From a virus (lineage: Duplodnaviria > Caudoviricetes): a stretch of DNA of 64,000 nucleotides. The stretch is from positions 1 through 64,000 of IMG/VR virus record IMGVR_UViG_2706795240_000001, one strand, 5' to 3'. Shown here piece after piece: positions 1 to 8,859 of this stretch. Both the position numbers and the translations under genes were made by a program. Position 1 is the first letter of the stretch; each line of letters begins with the position of its first letter. The notes under the pieces are model-generated. The model did no database searches. It saw only the letters and a list, made by a program, of their open reading frames with translations, and was not told the DNA's origin.

Positions 1-95
1 CATGGTGATCCCATGACCGGGTTTTTTCTTGCCCAAAAAGCCTTACAAGCTGCAAAAATGCCTATCACTGGTGCGCGCGCTCTCACGCTGCTAAC

Positions 96-1739
96 ATGAC
101 TGGCATGGTAAAGTTTCCCGGTAGCGACTATCAGTTCTTTTTTCGGTTCAGTAAAATAGATTCCGTCAGGGCATATAGCGAACTTGGAATTAGAAGGTTC
201 TGGCTAAAAACCCAGGCAGACGCAATCTTCTGGAACAAGAATCGAAAAATTCTAAACAATCAATGGGACGAAATCATTGATTGTCGAACTCTGCCGTCCG
301 GCAAGGATAATCCAAAGTACTGCGACACTCAGGTGCCGCTCCTTAGGAAAAACGGAGAGGTAGAGCAGATCGGCGTGTGGAGTATCGCAAACCACGACGA
401 GAATGCGTTGTATGTGGCGTGCGCCAAATTTAAGACTGTCATTATCAACTACGACGTTCATAATAAGACGTGGGGGCGGCTGTACTTCACTCGATATGCG
501 GAAAAACAGCGCTGGGTCTATGACGCTCGTAATCTTTTCCCAGAGGTGAGGTTCCTCTTTTTCGGCGTCATGCAATTCGACTCCGCCTACAACTTCGGCA
601 TGGATGGTCAAATATGCGCGTTTGTTCCGACAATGATTGTCAGAGCTTTTCGACCAGATGGAAGTAAAACGGTGTACGAGCGCCAACGCAGAACGGTGTC
701 GCTGGAGGAAATTCTTGGGCAGTGGAAGTACCTTCTGGACGATCATCCAAACAAAGATATCAACTGGTATCTATACAAGATGATCCTGCTTACTCCAGAA
801 TTTCAGAAAGAATTCCACTCGGAGAAGAACAGACAGATCGGCGTATTCAATCCGTGGGATTTCTCCGATGCTGATTATTTTTACGGGTACATCTTCCGGA
901 ACTCTAAGGATCGCCTGGAAAAGCGCCGTCCCGACAGTATGATCCGCAGAAAAGCAAATGGCGAGCCGTACGGCCCCGGCAGGATAGCTGGACACCTACA
1001 GGTAAAAGATGTTTTCTCAAAGAAAATGGCCTTTGATGACGGCGTTTTCTGTGACCGATGTACTTTGAATTATTGCTGTCTTCTATACACGAAAGGTGGT
1101 GCATGTAGGGTGCCGAATACAAAGGGCTCGAATTTCGCCAAGAAATTTTCATCCGGTAATGCCCAGGATATTCTTGATGGAATGGGTAAGTTGCTTGAAC
1201 GCAAGGCGACAATTCTCGATAAACGCCTTGAGGTGGCCGAGAAGGACAACGAGTCGCTAACCAAGGAAGACTTGTCTATGATGAATAGTCTTTTTAAGGA
1301 CGCGACCCAGCTAGCCAAGTTGCGTGATCCCGCATTGGCGCGTCCGCAGCTTGCCATTCAGGTCAATAACAATAATCAGCTAGGCCACGGTGAATCCGAC
1401 AAGCAGATGGAAATCACTGAACGCGATTATTCCAACGCCGTGCGCGAGCTGGAGGCGGCGGGGCTTGATCGTGATCACATTACTCCCGATATGGTGGAGC
1501 ACTTTATTAAGGTCGGCGAAATTGTCGAGGCCGATCAGCCGCAACTGGGCATGTCTGACTCGTCGCAATTTGACGTGACCGAAGCCGAGATTGTCGACTA
1601 CGAGTATGCAGTTAATGCACCGGAAGAAAAGAAGCCAGAGCCAGAGCCGGAAATCACAAACCTGGATAGTGGCGGACCGGTTATCGAGGGTGACGTAGAG
1701 GAAAGCCCGGTACTTACTGGGATTGAAGAGGTGTTCTAA
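96..1739 (+). CDS. Large hypothetical protein directly upstream of terminase large subunit (possible terminase small subunit-containing fusion)
   Basis: 547-aa ORF whose stop abuts the TerL ATG. It has a globular N-terminal half, a Cys cluster (FCDRCTLNYCC...GACR), a helical segment and an acidic tail. Function inferred from position only. Confidence 0.6.
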   Translation: MTGMVKFPGSDYQFFFRFSKIDSVRAYSELGIRRFWLKTQADAIFWNKNRKILNNQWDEIIDCRTLPSGKDNPKYCDTQVPLLRKNGEVEQIGVWSIANHDENALYVACAKFKTVIINYDVHNKTWGRLYFTRYAEKQRWVYDARNLFPEVRFLFFGVMQFDSAYNFGMDGQICAFVPTMIVRAFRPDGSKTVYERQRRTVSLEEILGQWKYLLDDHPNKDINWYLYKMILLTPEFQKEFHSEKNRQIGVFNPWDFSDADYFYGYIFRNSKDRLEKRRPDSMIRRKANGEPYGPGRIAGHLQVKDVFSKKMAFDDGVFCDRCTLNYCCLLYTKGGACRVPNTKGSNFAKKFSSGNAQDILDGMGKLLERKATILDKRLEVAEKDNESLTKEDLSMMNSLFKDATQLAKLRDPALARPQLAIQVNNNNQLGHGESDKQMEITERDYSNAVRELEAAGLDRDHITPDMVEHFIKVGEIVEADQPQLGMSDSSQFDVTEAEIVDYEYAVNAPEEKKPEPEPEITNLDSGGPVIEGDVEESPVLTGIEEVF

Positions 1740-4700
1740 ATGGCGCGCGAATTTGTGCCGAATACGAGAAAAAATACTGGCCATTCAGCACCTCAGCAGC
1801 GCGGAATGAGCAATCTCGGTATAGGCGGCAGGCCAAAACACACCGAAGAGGACAAGCTGCCTGGTGTTTCAGCGGTAGGCAAGCCGACTCGGACCGTTAC
1901 TGGTAATAACTGGGGCGCGCAATCTAGTGCCGCTCAGCGTCGTCAATGGCTGCTCGTCAATCCTGATTTCGATGAAAAACCGGCTACCATGGAGGAATTT
2001 CTCGGTCCGCGATATCTGAATATCGATCCGGCTCAGAATCCCAATTTGCCGCAGAATGTGGGTATTCGCACTGGCGTTAAGCAGGCTTTGGTCGATATCT
2101 TTGGCGATTCGATTGATCCTACGAGCATTTCTAAGATCAAACGAGGCATGTTTACCGGCGGAATTGGTGTCGGAAAATCGACTCTGGCGTCTATTGCGTT
2201 GACATATATGGTTCACTGGGTAGAATGCCTGCACGATCCGCAGACATATTTTGGCCTTCTGCCAGGCTCTCGCATCGCATTTATGCTTATGTCGACCCGC
2301 GCTCAGCACGCACAGGAGGTCATGTTTGGCGATATCAAGGCTCGCGTCGAGTCGTGCAAGTGGTTCCAGGATAATTGTAGGCATGACGAGCGGCTGAAAA
2401 AGCAGCTTCGATTCCCCAATGATATCTGGATTATTCCGGGAACCTCAGAAGAGACCTCGGTGGAGGGTTATAACGTTCTCTGCACTGATGAAAAAACACT
2501 GGCACTGACAAAGCGCGGCTGGCTGAGCTATAAGAATATTGACCCGGAGACAGATGAACTTTATACACTGAATCATGAAACCGGGCTGGCCGAATGGAAT
2601 CCTATTCAGCGAATGAACATTTTCCCAGTGGAAGATGTTCCAGTGAAGTCGATGATTGGCAGCGAATTTTCATCTGTCACATCAATGGAGCACAAGTGGG
2701 CGGTGGAATATCGAAGCACGGGCAAGGTTGTGCGTAAGCGGTGGAAAACTTCTGCAACACTGAACTCGGAGGATATGATTCCGATTTCGGCTATCAGCAA
2801 TGATCGTCCACAGGAGCAGAAATACACCGACGCCCTAGTTGAGGCGGTGGCATGGTTCTATACTGAGGGCAGCATCGTTGGTAATGCTGCTGCAAATATT
2901 TACCAGAAGACCGGAACTATTGGTGAGACCAGGATTACAAAGTGCCTGACCGAGGTTTTTGGGCAGGATTCTGTTGAAATGCGAAAGGATTACCGAGTTA
3001 ATGGTCCAATGTGGCGAATTAACCGGAGGGCCGACCGCAATCTCACCGAGTTCCGCCTAAATAAGGCCGCCGGTTCCGTGTTGCTCGATTATGCGCCAGA
3101 GAAGGTTCCAAGTCATGAGTTTTTGCTAAACCTTACGCAGTCTCAGCTTGAGCTGTTTATTAGTGTCTCCATGCTTGCTGATAATCGCGGCAAAGATTCG
3201 TTTGCGCAGAAGAACTATGCATCCGCTGAGGCGTTTGCATTTGCCTGCACTCTTGCTGGCAAGGCTGTGTCAATTCGAGAGCAGTGGCAACCAACGGGCG
3301 ATGACGGCTACGAAATGCTGATCGTGCGTATGCTTAAAAAGCATTGCGTCAAGCCGATTCATGCTGCAAATCAGCCTACCGCGAGAATCGTTGTTGAGAA
3401 CAAAAAGCACACCGGAGTGCTGTGGTGTCCGACTGTTGAGAATTCTACATGGCTTGCTAGGCGTGAAGGGTCGGTTTATTTCACCGGAAACTGCGGGATC
3501 ATTGACGAGGGCGATAGCCATAAAGTCACGCAGGACAAGGATTATGCCTACGAGGCGTGGTCTACGATTCACGGACGTATCTCTTCTCGATTCACCGATC
3601 CGAAAACCAAGGATCATCGTGGGCTGCTGCTTGCAATTGGGCAGATGAAGAAGTCCACCGGCTTCATGGCGAAGAAGAAAAAGGAACTACTTACTGACGG
3701 TAAGCCCAATCAGCTTGTGGTTGAAATGTCAATCTGGGATTCGCTGGGTTGGCACAGATTTCTTAAAGACGACGGAAGTCGGGATTCATTTTGGTTCAAT
3801 ACAGTCCGCCGAAAGGTGGCAAGCCCTGCCGAGGTAATTGGAGGCGGAAAAAATGTCATCGAAATTCCTATGGCATATCGGAAGGATTTTGATAATGATC
3901 CGTCTCGCGCTCTTAAGGACCACGCAGGAATTCCGCCAGCGGTTGATGACCCGTTTATCACGATGATCGATCGCGTCGACGAGGCGCAGGATAAATGGAA
4001 GACTCGTTACGAACCGCTGTGGAGCTACGCTGTTGATTCGAGTTGCACCAACCCGCAGTTCCATCCCGATTTCAAGGCAACCAATATCCTCAAGCGTGCC
4101 GTTCACGTTGATATTGCGTACGCTCCCGGTGGCGATGCCCTCGGAATGGCGATGGGCCATATTCCAGAGTTGGTCGAGATTGACGGCGAATTGAAGCCGA
4201 TCATTGTGATCGACTTCTTGCTCAGAATTAAGCCGAGCGGTGGTGACGCCCTGGAGCTGGCAACATTCCGACGAATTCTGTACGATCTACGTGATGAAAT
4301 GAAGTTCAAAATTGGCGTGGTGACCTTTGACGGCTTCCAATCTCAGGACTCAATTCAGATTCTTCGCAAGAAGCATTTCAACGTTGGTGAAATGTCAGTG
4401 GACCGAAATAAGGCTCCGTACGAAGAATTGCGTGAGGCGATCTACGAGCGGCGTATTGAGCTACCGAAATACATGACATACGTCAATCGTGGAGACGCCG
4501 AGAAGGTGAATATCTCGCGGGTTGAGCTATCGGAACTCCAGGATACCGGTCGGAAAATCGATCACCCAGAGAAGGGATCGAAGGACGTTGCGGACGCAAT
4601 TGCCGGTGTCGTGTTTGATCTGATGAGCAATATTTCATTCCGTCGTGGATCATCCAGGCCGGTGTCGAAAGCCGAGGCAATCAACGAGCAGGAGATTGCC

Positions 4701-4886
4701 GACGAAATGCGCTACGGGTCGATTGTGCGCGGGGAAACGATTGATATATCGGGCGAGCTGCCGGTGGACGCACTAGACGGACTGGTCGAGCTTGGCGGCA
4801 ATCGCTACCCGACAGCAGAGCGCAGCGGCATGGGTCTGCCAGCGCTCGAACGCGACCCGTTCGGCCTGGGGGCAGGGGCAAGTTAG
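1740..4886 (+). CDS. terL: Terminase large subunit containing an intein
   Basis: Walker A GGIGVGKST. Walker B (C)GIIDE is restored after intein removal. RNase H-like nuclease motifs VHVDIAY, VTFDGFQS, KDVADAIAG. Lies upstream of portal. Confidence 0.93.
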   Translation: MAREFVPNTRKNTGHSAPQQRGMSNLGIGGRPKHTEEDKLPGVSAVGKPTRTVTGNNWGAQSSAAQRRQWLLVNPDFDEKPATMEEFLGPRYLNIDPAQNPNLPQNVGIRTGVKQALVDIFGDSIDPTSISKIKRGMFTGGIGVGKSTLASIALTYMVHWVECLHDPQTYFGLLPGSRIAFMLMSTRAQHAQEVMFGDIKARVESCKWFQDNCRHDERLKKQLRFPNDIWIIPGTSEETSVEGYNVLCTDEKTLALTKRGWLSYKNIDPETDELYTLNHETGLAEWNPIQRMNIFPVEDVPVKSMIGSEFSSVTSMEHKWAVEYRSTGKVVRKRWKTSATLNSEDMIPISAISNDRPQEQKYTDALVEAVAWFYTEGSIVGNAAANIYQKTGTIGETRITKCLTEVFGQDSVEMRKDYRVNGPMWRINRRADRNLTEFRLNKAAGSVLLDYAPEKVPSHEFLLNLTQSQLELFISVSMLADNRGKDSFAQKNYASAEAFAFACTLAGKAVSIREQWQPTGDDGYEMLIVRMLKKHCVKPIHAANQPTARIVVENKKHTGVLWCPTVENSTWLARREGSVYFTGNCGIIDEGDSHKVTQDKDYAYEAWSTIHGRISSRFTDPKTKDHRGLLLAIGQMKKSTGFMAKKKKELLTDGKPNQLVVEMSIWDSLGWHRFLKDDGSRDSFWFNTVRRKVASPAEVIGGGKNVIEIPMAYRKDFDNDPSRALKDHAGIPPAVDDPFITMIDRVDEAQDKWKTRYEPLWSYAVDSSCTNPQFHPDFKATNILKRAVHVDIAYAPGGDALGMAMGHIPELVEIDGELKPIIVIDFLLRIKPSGGDALELATFRRILYDLRDEMKFKIGVVTFDGFQSQDSIQILRKKHFNVGEMSVDRNKAPYEELREAIYERRIELPKYMTYVNRGDAEKVNISRVELSELQDTGRKIDHPEKGSKDVADAIAGVVFDLMSNISFRRGSSRPVSKAEAINEQEIADEMRYGSIVRGETIDISGELPVDALDGLVELGGNRYPTAERSGMGLPALERDPFGLGAGAS
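2481..3491 (+). mobile_element. Intein (337 aa) with LAGLIDADG-type homing endonuclease domain in TerL
   Basis: Starts Cys (TGC 2481, CTDEKTLALTKRGW) and ends YFTGN (AAC 3489-3491), followed by +1 Cys. Block B-like SMEH, block C-like AVAWFYTEGS, block E-like FISVSMLADN. Confidence 0.9.
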
Positions 4887-4910
4887 AGGGCGCAACGAGG
4901 CCCGTTGTGG

Positions 4911-4919
4911 TGATACTCT
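4911..4919 (+). promoter_or_regulatory. Candidate extended -10 promoter (TG-A-TACTCT) upstream of portal
   Basis: Matches TGnTAnnnT in the 108-bp intergenic gap. Preceded by a small inverted repeat caacg/cgttg. No clear -35. Confidence 0.3.
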
Positions 4920-4994
4920 TCTAAAGGTGTGGAGCAGCTTTTTGCACAAGCGCATTTCGCTGTTTCTGCCTGACGACTAGGAGAATAAATCATC

Positions 4995-6896
4995 ATGACG
5001 GGCCTTGTTGATGTTCATGGAAAGCCGCTAACATCTGAATTCGCTCGCCCACGTAAGCAAATGTCTGACAACCCTTATGTTTCAAAGGAGGGTGAGGAAA
5101 TTGCGCCGGGCTGGAACGCTGAACAGAAGCGGTATGGATATACGATTCCGTTTGGGAATCAACTGACGTTTGATACGAGTAAGCTCACAATGAGTGACTA
5201 CCGTATGATGCGCGATCATTATCAGATCAACTCTAGTCTTAGTATTCTGTCGTTTATGATTCACCAAATGGATTGGCGAATTTCCGGCGGAAATAAAAAG
5301 ATTGAAGATCATGTTGACGAGAATCTTCGTCGTTTGTGGCCCTCGCTTGTTCGAGCAATGTCTCAGGCTTTTTGGTCCGGTTACGCGCCTTGTGCCACTC
5401 AGTGGGAAAATCAAGGCGACAAGGTTATTTTGACCAAGATCAAAGATTTGCCTCCAGAGGAATGCGAAGTTCGCTGGAAGTCCGTCAAGGAAACTAAGAC
5501 GGATGACAGAAGCACCCAGCGCGCAATGCCTATTGATCATCCGCAGGAGGGAACTCTTCGACAGATTCGAGATAAGGTCGAGCGTCGATCTGGTGGTGCA
5601 AAGGTATTTGACGGAATAAACCAGTTCGGCTACGGCTCGATTCCGGTTGGTAATTCGTTCTGGTACCCGTGCCTCATGGAGTACGGAAACTTTTACGGGA
5701 AGAAGCTCCTGAATACGGCCTTCCAGCCGTGGTTCTTTTCGTTGCTCATCCACATGTACTCGAATCGATACTTTGAGCGATTTGGTGAGCCGGTCCCGGT
5801 TGCGCGTGCGCCTTATGACGAAGAGATTGACGTCAACGGCACGCCGGTAAAGGGTCATAAGATGATGCAGACCCTTGCTCGACAGTTCCGTAATGGTGCT
5901 GCCGTCGTTCTCCCGAATAACCGGGTCATGAATGGCACGCAAGACACGGACATGTTTGAGTACTCGCTTGAATTCCTTGAGTCTCAAATGCGTGGAGCGG
6001 ATTTCGATCGTTATCTCCAGCGACTCGATGAGGAAATCTCATTGAGCCTGTTTACGCCGATTCTCCTGAATCGTACAGGCTCTGGCGGATCGTTTAATCT
6101 TGGCGTTACTCACATGCAGCTTTTCCAGTGGCAGGTTAATGCCATTGTCAGCGACATGGTTGGCTACATTAACAAGTTCATCATTCGCCCGATGGTCCGA
6201 ATGAATTTTGGCGAGAAGGCGGAAATCCCTCAGATGGTATTCCGTTCTCAGGGGCGAACCGATCCCGAGACACTACGAGCCGTTGTTTTGGAGCTTGTTC
6301 GTGGCGGCAAGGCTAAGCCTGATATCAATGAACTTGGCGATGCTCTCGGATTGAAGCTGGAGGAAATCGAAGAAATTATCGAACCACCGGCTGACCCCAA
6401 TATCGATCCGGAAGCCGATCCGGAAGCCGACACGGAGGCCGACCCCAAAAACAAGGGCAAGGTGGTGGTTGATCCGGCCAAGAATAAGACCGGACCTAAG
6501 AATGGTAACGGAACGCGAGATAATCGTTCCGGTCGTCCCGAGCGTTCTGCTCGACCAAAGGGTTCGGAAAAGCGCGGCAAGCTCGCAGCCGGTATTGCTG
6601 ATCGTGTTACGGATCAGTATAAGGCCGGAAATGACGTTCCGGACGTTGGATACTGGAATAAGTTCCGATCGCTGCTCATGGAAGAGTTTAATCTTGAATG
6701 GGAAGACGATTCCATTGGGATTTATTACAACAATATGTGTAGCCTGATTGGAAGCCTGTATTCCAATTGCCTTGGAATTAGCGAGGAATCCGACGTATTC
6801 AATAGCGTTATTCAAGACGCTGTGGTGGATTGCCTGGAAAGGGCGGATGAATATTATGGCGGACAAACTGTCAATGGAGAAGGAACCGAGGACTAG
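4995..6896 (+). CDS. Portal protein (DUF935 / Mu gp29-like)
   Basis: Follows TerL. Motifs YGNFYGKKLLNTAFQPWFF, RYFERFGEPVPVARAP, GGSFNLGVTH resemble the DUF935 family. RBS AGGAGA. Confidence 0.85.
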   Translation: MTGLVDVHGKPLTSEFARPRKQMSDNPYVSKEGEEIAPGWNAEQKRYGYTIPFGNQLTFDTSKLTMSDYRMMRDHYQINSSLSILSFMIHQMDWRISGGNKKIEDHVDENLRRLWPSLVRAMSQAFWSGYAPCATQWENQGDKVILTKIKDLPPEECEVRWKSVKETKTDDRSTQRAMPIDHPQEGTLRQIRDKVERRSGGAKVFDGINQFGYGSIPVGNSFWYPCLMEYGNFYGKKLLNTAFQPWFFSLLIHMYSNRYFERFGEPVPVARAPYDEEIDVNGTPVKGHKMMQTLARQFRNGAAVVLPNNRVMNGTQDTDMFEYSLEFLESQMRGADFDRYLQRLDEEISLSLFTPILLNRTGSGGSFNLGVTHMQLFQWQVNAIVSDMVGYINKFIIRPMVRMNFGEKAEIPQMVFRSQGRTDPETLRAVVLELVRGGKAKPDINELGDALGLKLEEIEEIIEPPADPNIDPEADPEADTEADPKNKGKVVVDPAKNKTGPKNGNGTRDNRSGRPERSARPKGSEKRGKLAAGIADRVTDQYKAGNDVPDVGYWNKFRSLLMEEFNLEWEDDSIGIYYNNMCSLIGSLYSNCLGISEESDVFNSVIQDAVVDCLERADEYYGGQTVNGEGTED

Positions 6897-7179
6897 AAAT
6901 GAACTTCGGTGCCGGTGTAGATTCAGTCCGCTTCTCGGAATTTACGGGCTGGATCACGCTGGGAAAGGCTACGTGCATATTCTCGTTTATAAACGAGGAC
7001 GGCTATACGGCGAAGTTGTATGTAAGGACGGGACGGCAGAAATTCGGTGCCGAGACTGTTATCGGTGGACCAGGCTATTCCTGCGCTCGCAACATGCCGA
7101 GGCAGATACCCCCGAGCCAGCTGAAGCAGACGGGTCGTCAAAGCTCGTCAGAGGCCGTTCCGATTCTAAGCTGGCATGA
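6874..7179 (+). CDS. Small zinc-ribbon protein (Mu Com-like)
   Basis: ELRCRC...AEIRCRDCYRW gives paired Cys knuckles. Likely start is ATG 6874 (or 6856) within track ORF 6748-7179, overlapping the portal stop. Confidence 0.6.
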   Translation: MEKEPRTRNELRCRCRFSPLLGIYGLDHAGKGYVHILVYKRGRLYGEVVCKDGTAEIRCRDCYRWTRLFLRSQHAEADTPEPAEADGSSKLVRGRSDSKLA

Positions 7180-7210
7180 TGAGCACTAGGCGAAGTAAGG
7201 TAACAGCATT

Positions 7211-8362
7211 ATGAGCACAGCTACAGAAGATCGAATTCTGCTCTTCCAGTCTGAGCAGTTTTCGGCAGTGAAAAAGCAGTCGCTTTCGCGATTTGACCGT
7301 GGGGATAAGTCCATCCTTGCGGTCAAGGACGTTCCGGTATTTCGGTCCGGCTCGTTCCGAGATAGCATGGGATTTCCCCATGAATTCGATGACTATGCAA
7401 TGGAGTCGATGGTTCGTAATTACGATCATCTTAAGGCTCAGGGCATTTTTTCTGATGTTCCGGTGCGTAATGGGCACCCAAGCCCTTTTCGCTCGCGAAT
7501 GCAGGAGCTTGTCGGCTATGTCACTGCAATGCGAACCGAGAAGCGTACAGCGCCGCATGACGGCAGCGAGTACACTTATCTGATCGCTGATTTTGAAATC
7601 ATTGACGACGATGCTCAGAAGAATATCGAGTCCGGTCTTTGGCGTAATCGCTCGTCAGAGATTGGAACGTACGTCGACAACCGGGAGAATGAATATGGCC
7701 CCGCCTTCATGGGCGTTGCTTATGTAGACATTCCGGCTGTGGAAGGGTTGAATGGCTTCTCGAAGGCAGACGACCGCAGCGATGAAAAAGTCCACTTCAT
7801 TATGGAGGATCAGAAAATGGGTGATATTATCACTCCCCCGAAGCCCGGCGAGAAGACTCCTTTTTCGTTTTCGCTCGGAGGCCAGGACGGTATTACTGAC
7901 GGCAAGGCCGTTCAGGAGTACATCAATAAGATCGAGTCCGAGCGTGACGATTTCCAGAGTAATCTGAAAAAGGTTACCACCGAGCGCGACCGTCTCCAGG
8001 AATTCCGAGATAACATCGTGAATTCGGAGCGCGAGGATTTCGTTACCAGTCTCGTTGATTCCGGAAAGGTTCTCGCTCCCCAGAAGGAGCAGCTTGTCGA
8101 GCTTGCCAAGGGCCTTTCGCCCGAGCAGTTCGAGACCTGGAAGGGTAGCTACGAAAACGTGGCTACCCAGGAGGTTCTTGAGAATCATGGTAATTCCGGT
8201 CAGCAGAAGCCGAACCAGAATGCCGACGACCAGGCTCGCAAGGACTATGAGGACGACGTTAATACCGTCAAGATTCTTTTCGGAAAGATGGATGCCGAAA
8301 AGGTCAAGTCCACCGAGGCGTACAAGCGCGTTCTCGAATACGATCCCAAGTTCGTTCTCTAA
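7211..8362 (+). CDS. Capsid maturation protease / scaffold (Mu gpI-like)
   Basis: VPVRNGH, RSSEIGTY and FMGVAYVDIPAVEGL protease-like motifs, then a coiled-coil C-terminal half. Lies between portal and capsid genes. Confidence 0.8.
   Translation: MSTATEDRILLFQSEQFSAVKKQSLSRFDRGDKSILAVKDVPVFRSGSFRDSMGFPHEFDDYAMESMVRNYDHLKAQGIFSDVPVRNGHPSPFRSRMQELVGYVTAMRTEKRTAPHDGSEYTYLIADFEIIDDDAQKNIESGLWRNRSSEIGTYVDNRENEYGPAFMGVAYVDIPAVEGLNGFSKADDRSDEKVHFIMEDQKMGDIITPPKPGEKTPFSFSLGGQDGITDGKAVQEYINKIESERDDFQSNLKKVTTERDRLQEFRDNIVNSEREDFVTSLVDSGKVLAPQKEQLVELAKGLSPEQFETWKGSYENVATQEVLENHGNSGQQKPNQNADDQARKDYEDDVNTVKILFGKMDAEKVKSTEAYKRVLEYDPKFVL
7817..8362 (+). CDS. Putative nested in-frame scaffolding protein (181 aa)
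   Basis: GGAGG at 7804-7808, 8 nt before an in-frame ATG at 7817 at the protease/coiled-coil boundary. Analogous to Mu I/Z. Confidence 0.5.
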   Translation: MGDIITPPKPGEKTPFSFSLGGQDGITDGKAVQEYINKIESERDDFQSNLKKVTTERDRLQEFRDNIVNSEREDFVTSLVDSGKVLAPQKEQLVELAKGLSPEQFETWKGSYENVATQEVLENHGNSGQQKPNQNADDQARKDYEDDVNTVKILFGKMDAEKVKSTEAYKRVLEYDPKFVL

Positions 8363-8375
8363 GGAGAAATAGAAA

Positions 8376-8843
8376 ATGGCTCATTTTGACAAGCCTGCTA
8401 TCGGTGTTTCGTCTCCGGTCGGGCGTAATCAGTACCTTCGTAGCTCGCGTGGAATTAAGTATGATTCCTACACCGCTGCTGCTGGGGCATTTACCGAAGA
8501 TACCTATGAGAATGGCGTCGGCGTAGACGAAAAGATCAAGGTTCTCCAGTCCGGTGAGGCAATGGCGAAGATTACTTCGGGTGCCGACGCTGGAAAGGTT
8601 GGTCCTTACCAGGTTGGCGCAACCGATGGTCGCGCCGACGCTGCAAATCTCGTCGGACTCTCCGAGTCGTATATTCCGTCGCAGCTTAATGAGCGTGACG
8701 TGGATATCTCGGTCGTTTACGAGGCAACCGCAGTTCAGGGTTGGTGCACCATTCGCCAGGCTGACGGTAAGCGAATTCCGCTTACCGATACGGTCGCTGA
8801 CGCATTGCGGGGCAAAAAGGGTCTCGCAATTACTTTCAAGTAA
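8376..8843 (+). CDS. Head decoration protein
   Basis: 155 aa directly before the MCP. GKVGPY...DG...VGL pattern typical of lambda gpD/HDPD-like proteins. Confidence 0.7.
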   Translation: MAHFDKPAIGVSSPVGRNQYLRSSRGIKYDSYTAAAGAFTEDTYENGVGVDEKIKVLQSGEAMAKITSGADAGKVGPYQVGATDGRADAANLVGLSESYIPSQLNERDVDISVVYEATAVQGWCTIRQADGKRIPLTDTVADALRGKKGLAITFK

Positions 8844-8859
8844 AAGGAGCTTTTGAAAA

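Noticed and set aside
1-95. Hairpin CATGG-TGATC-CCATG and T-run at the window start as terminator or genome end
   Set aside because: Truncated by the window edge and the stem is short, so it cannot be assessed.
6899-7189. 96-aa alternative + frame ORF after the portal
   Set aside because: The overlapping frame (6874-7179) encodes a coherent zinc-ribbon motif; this one has no recognisable features.
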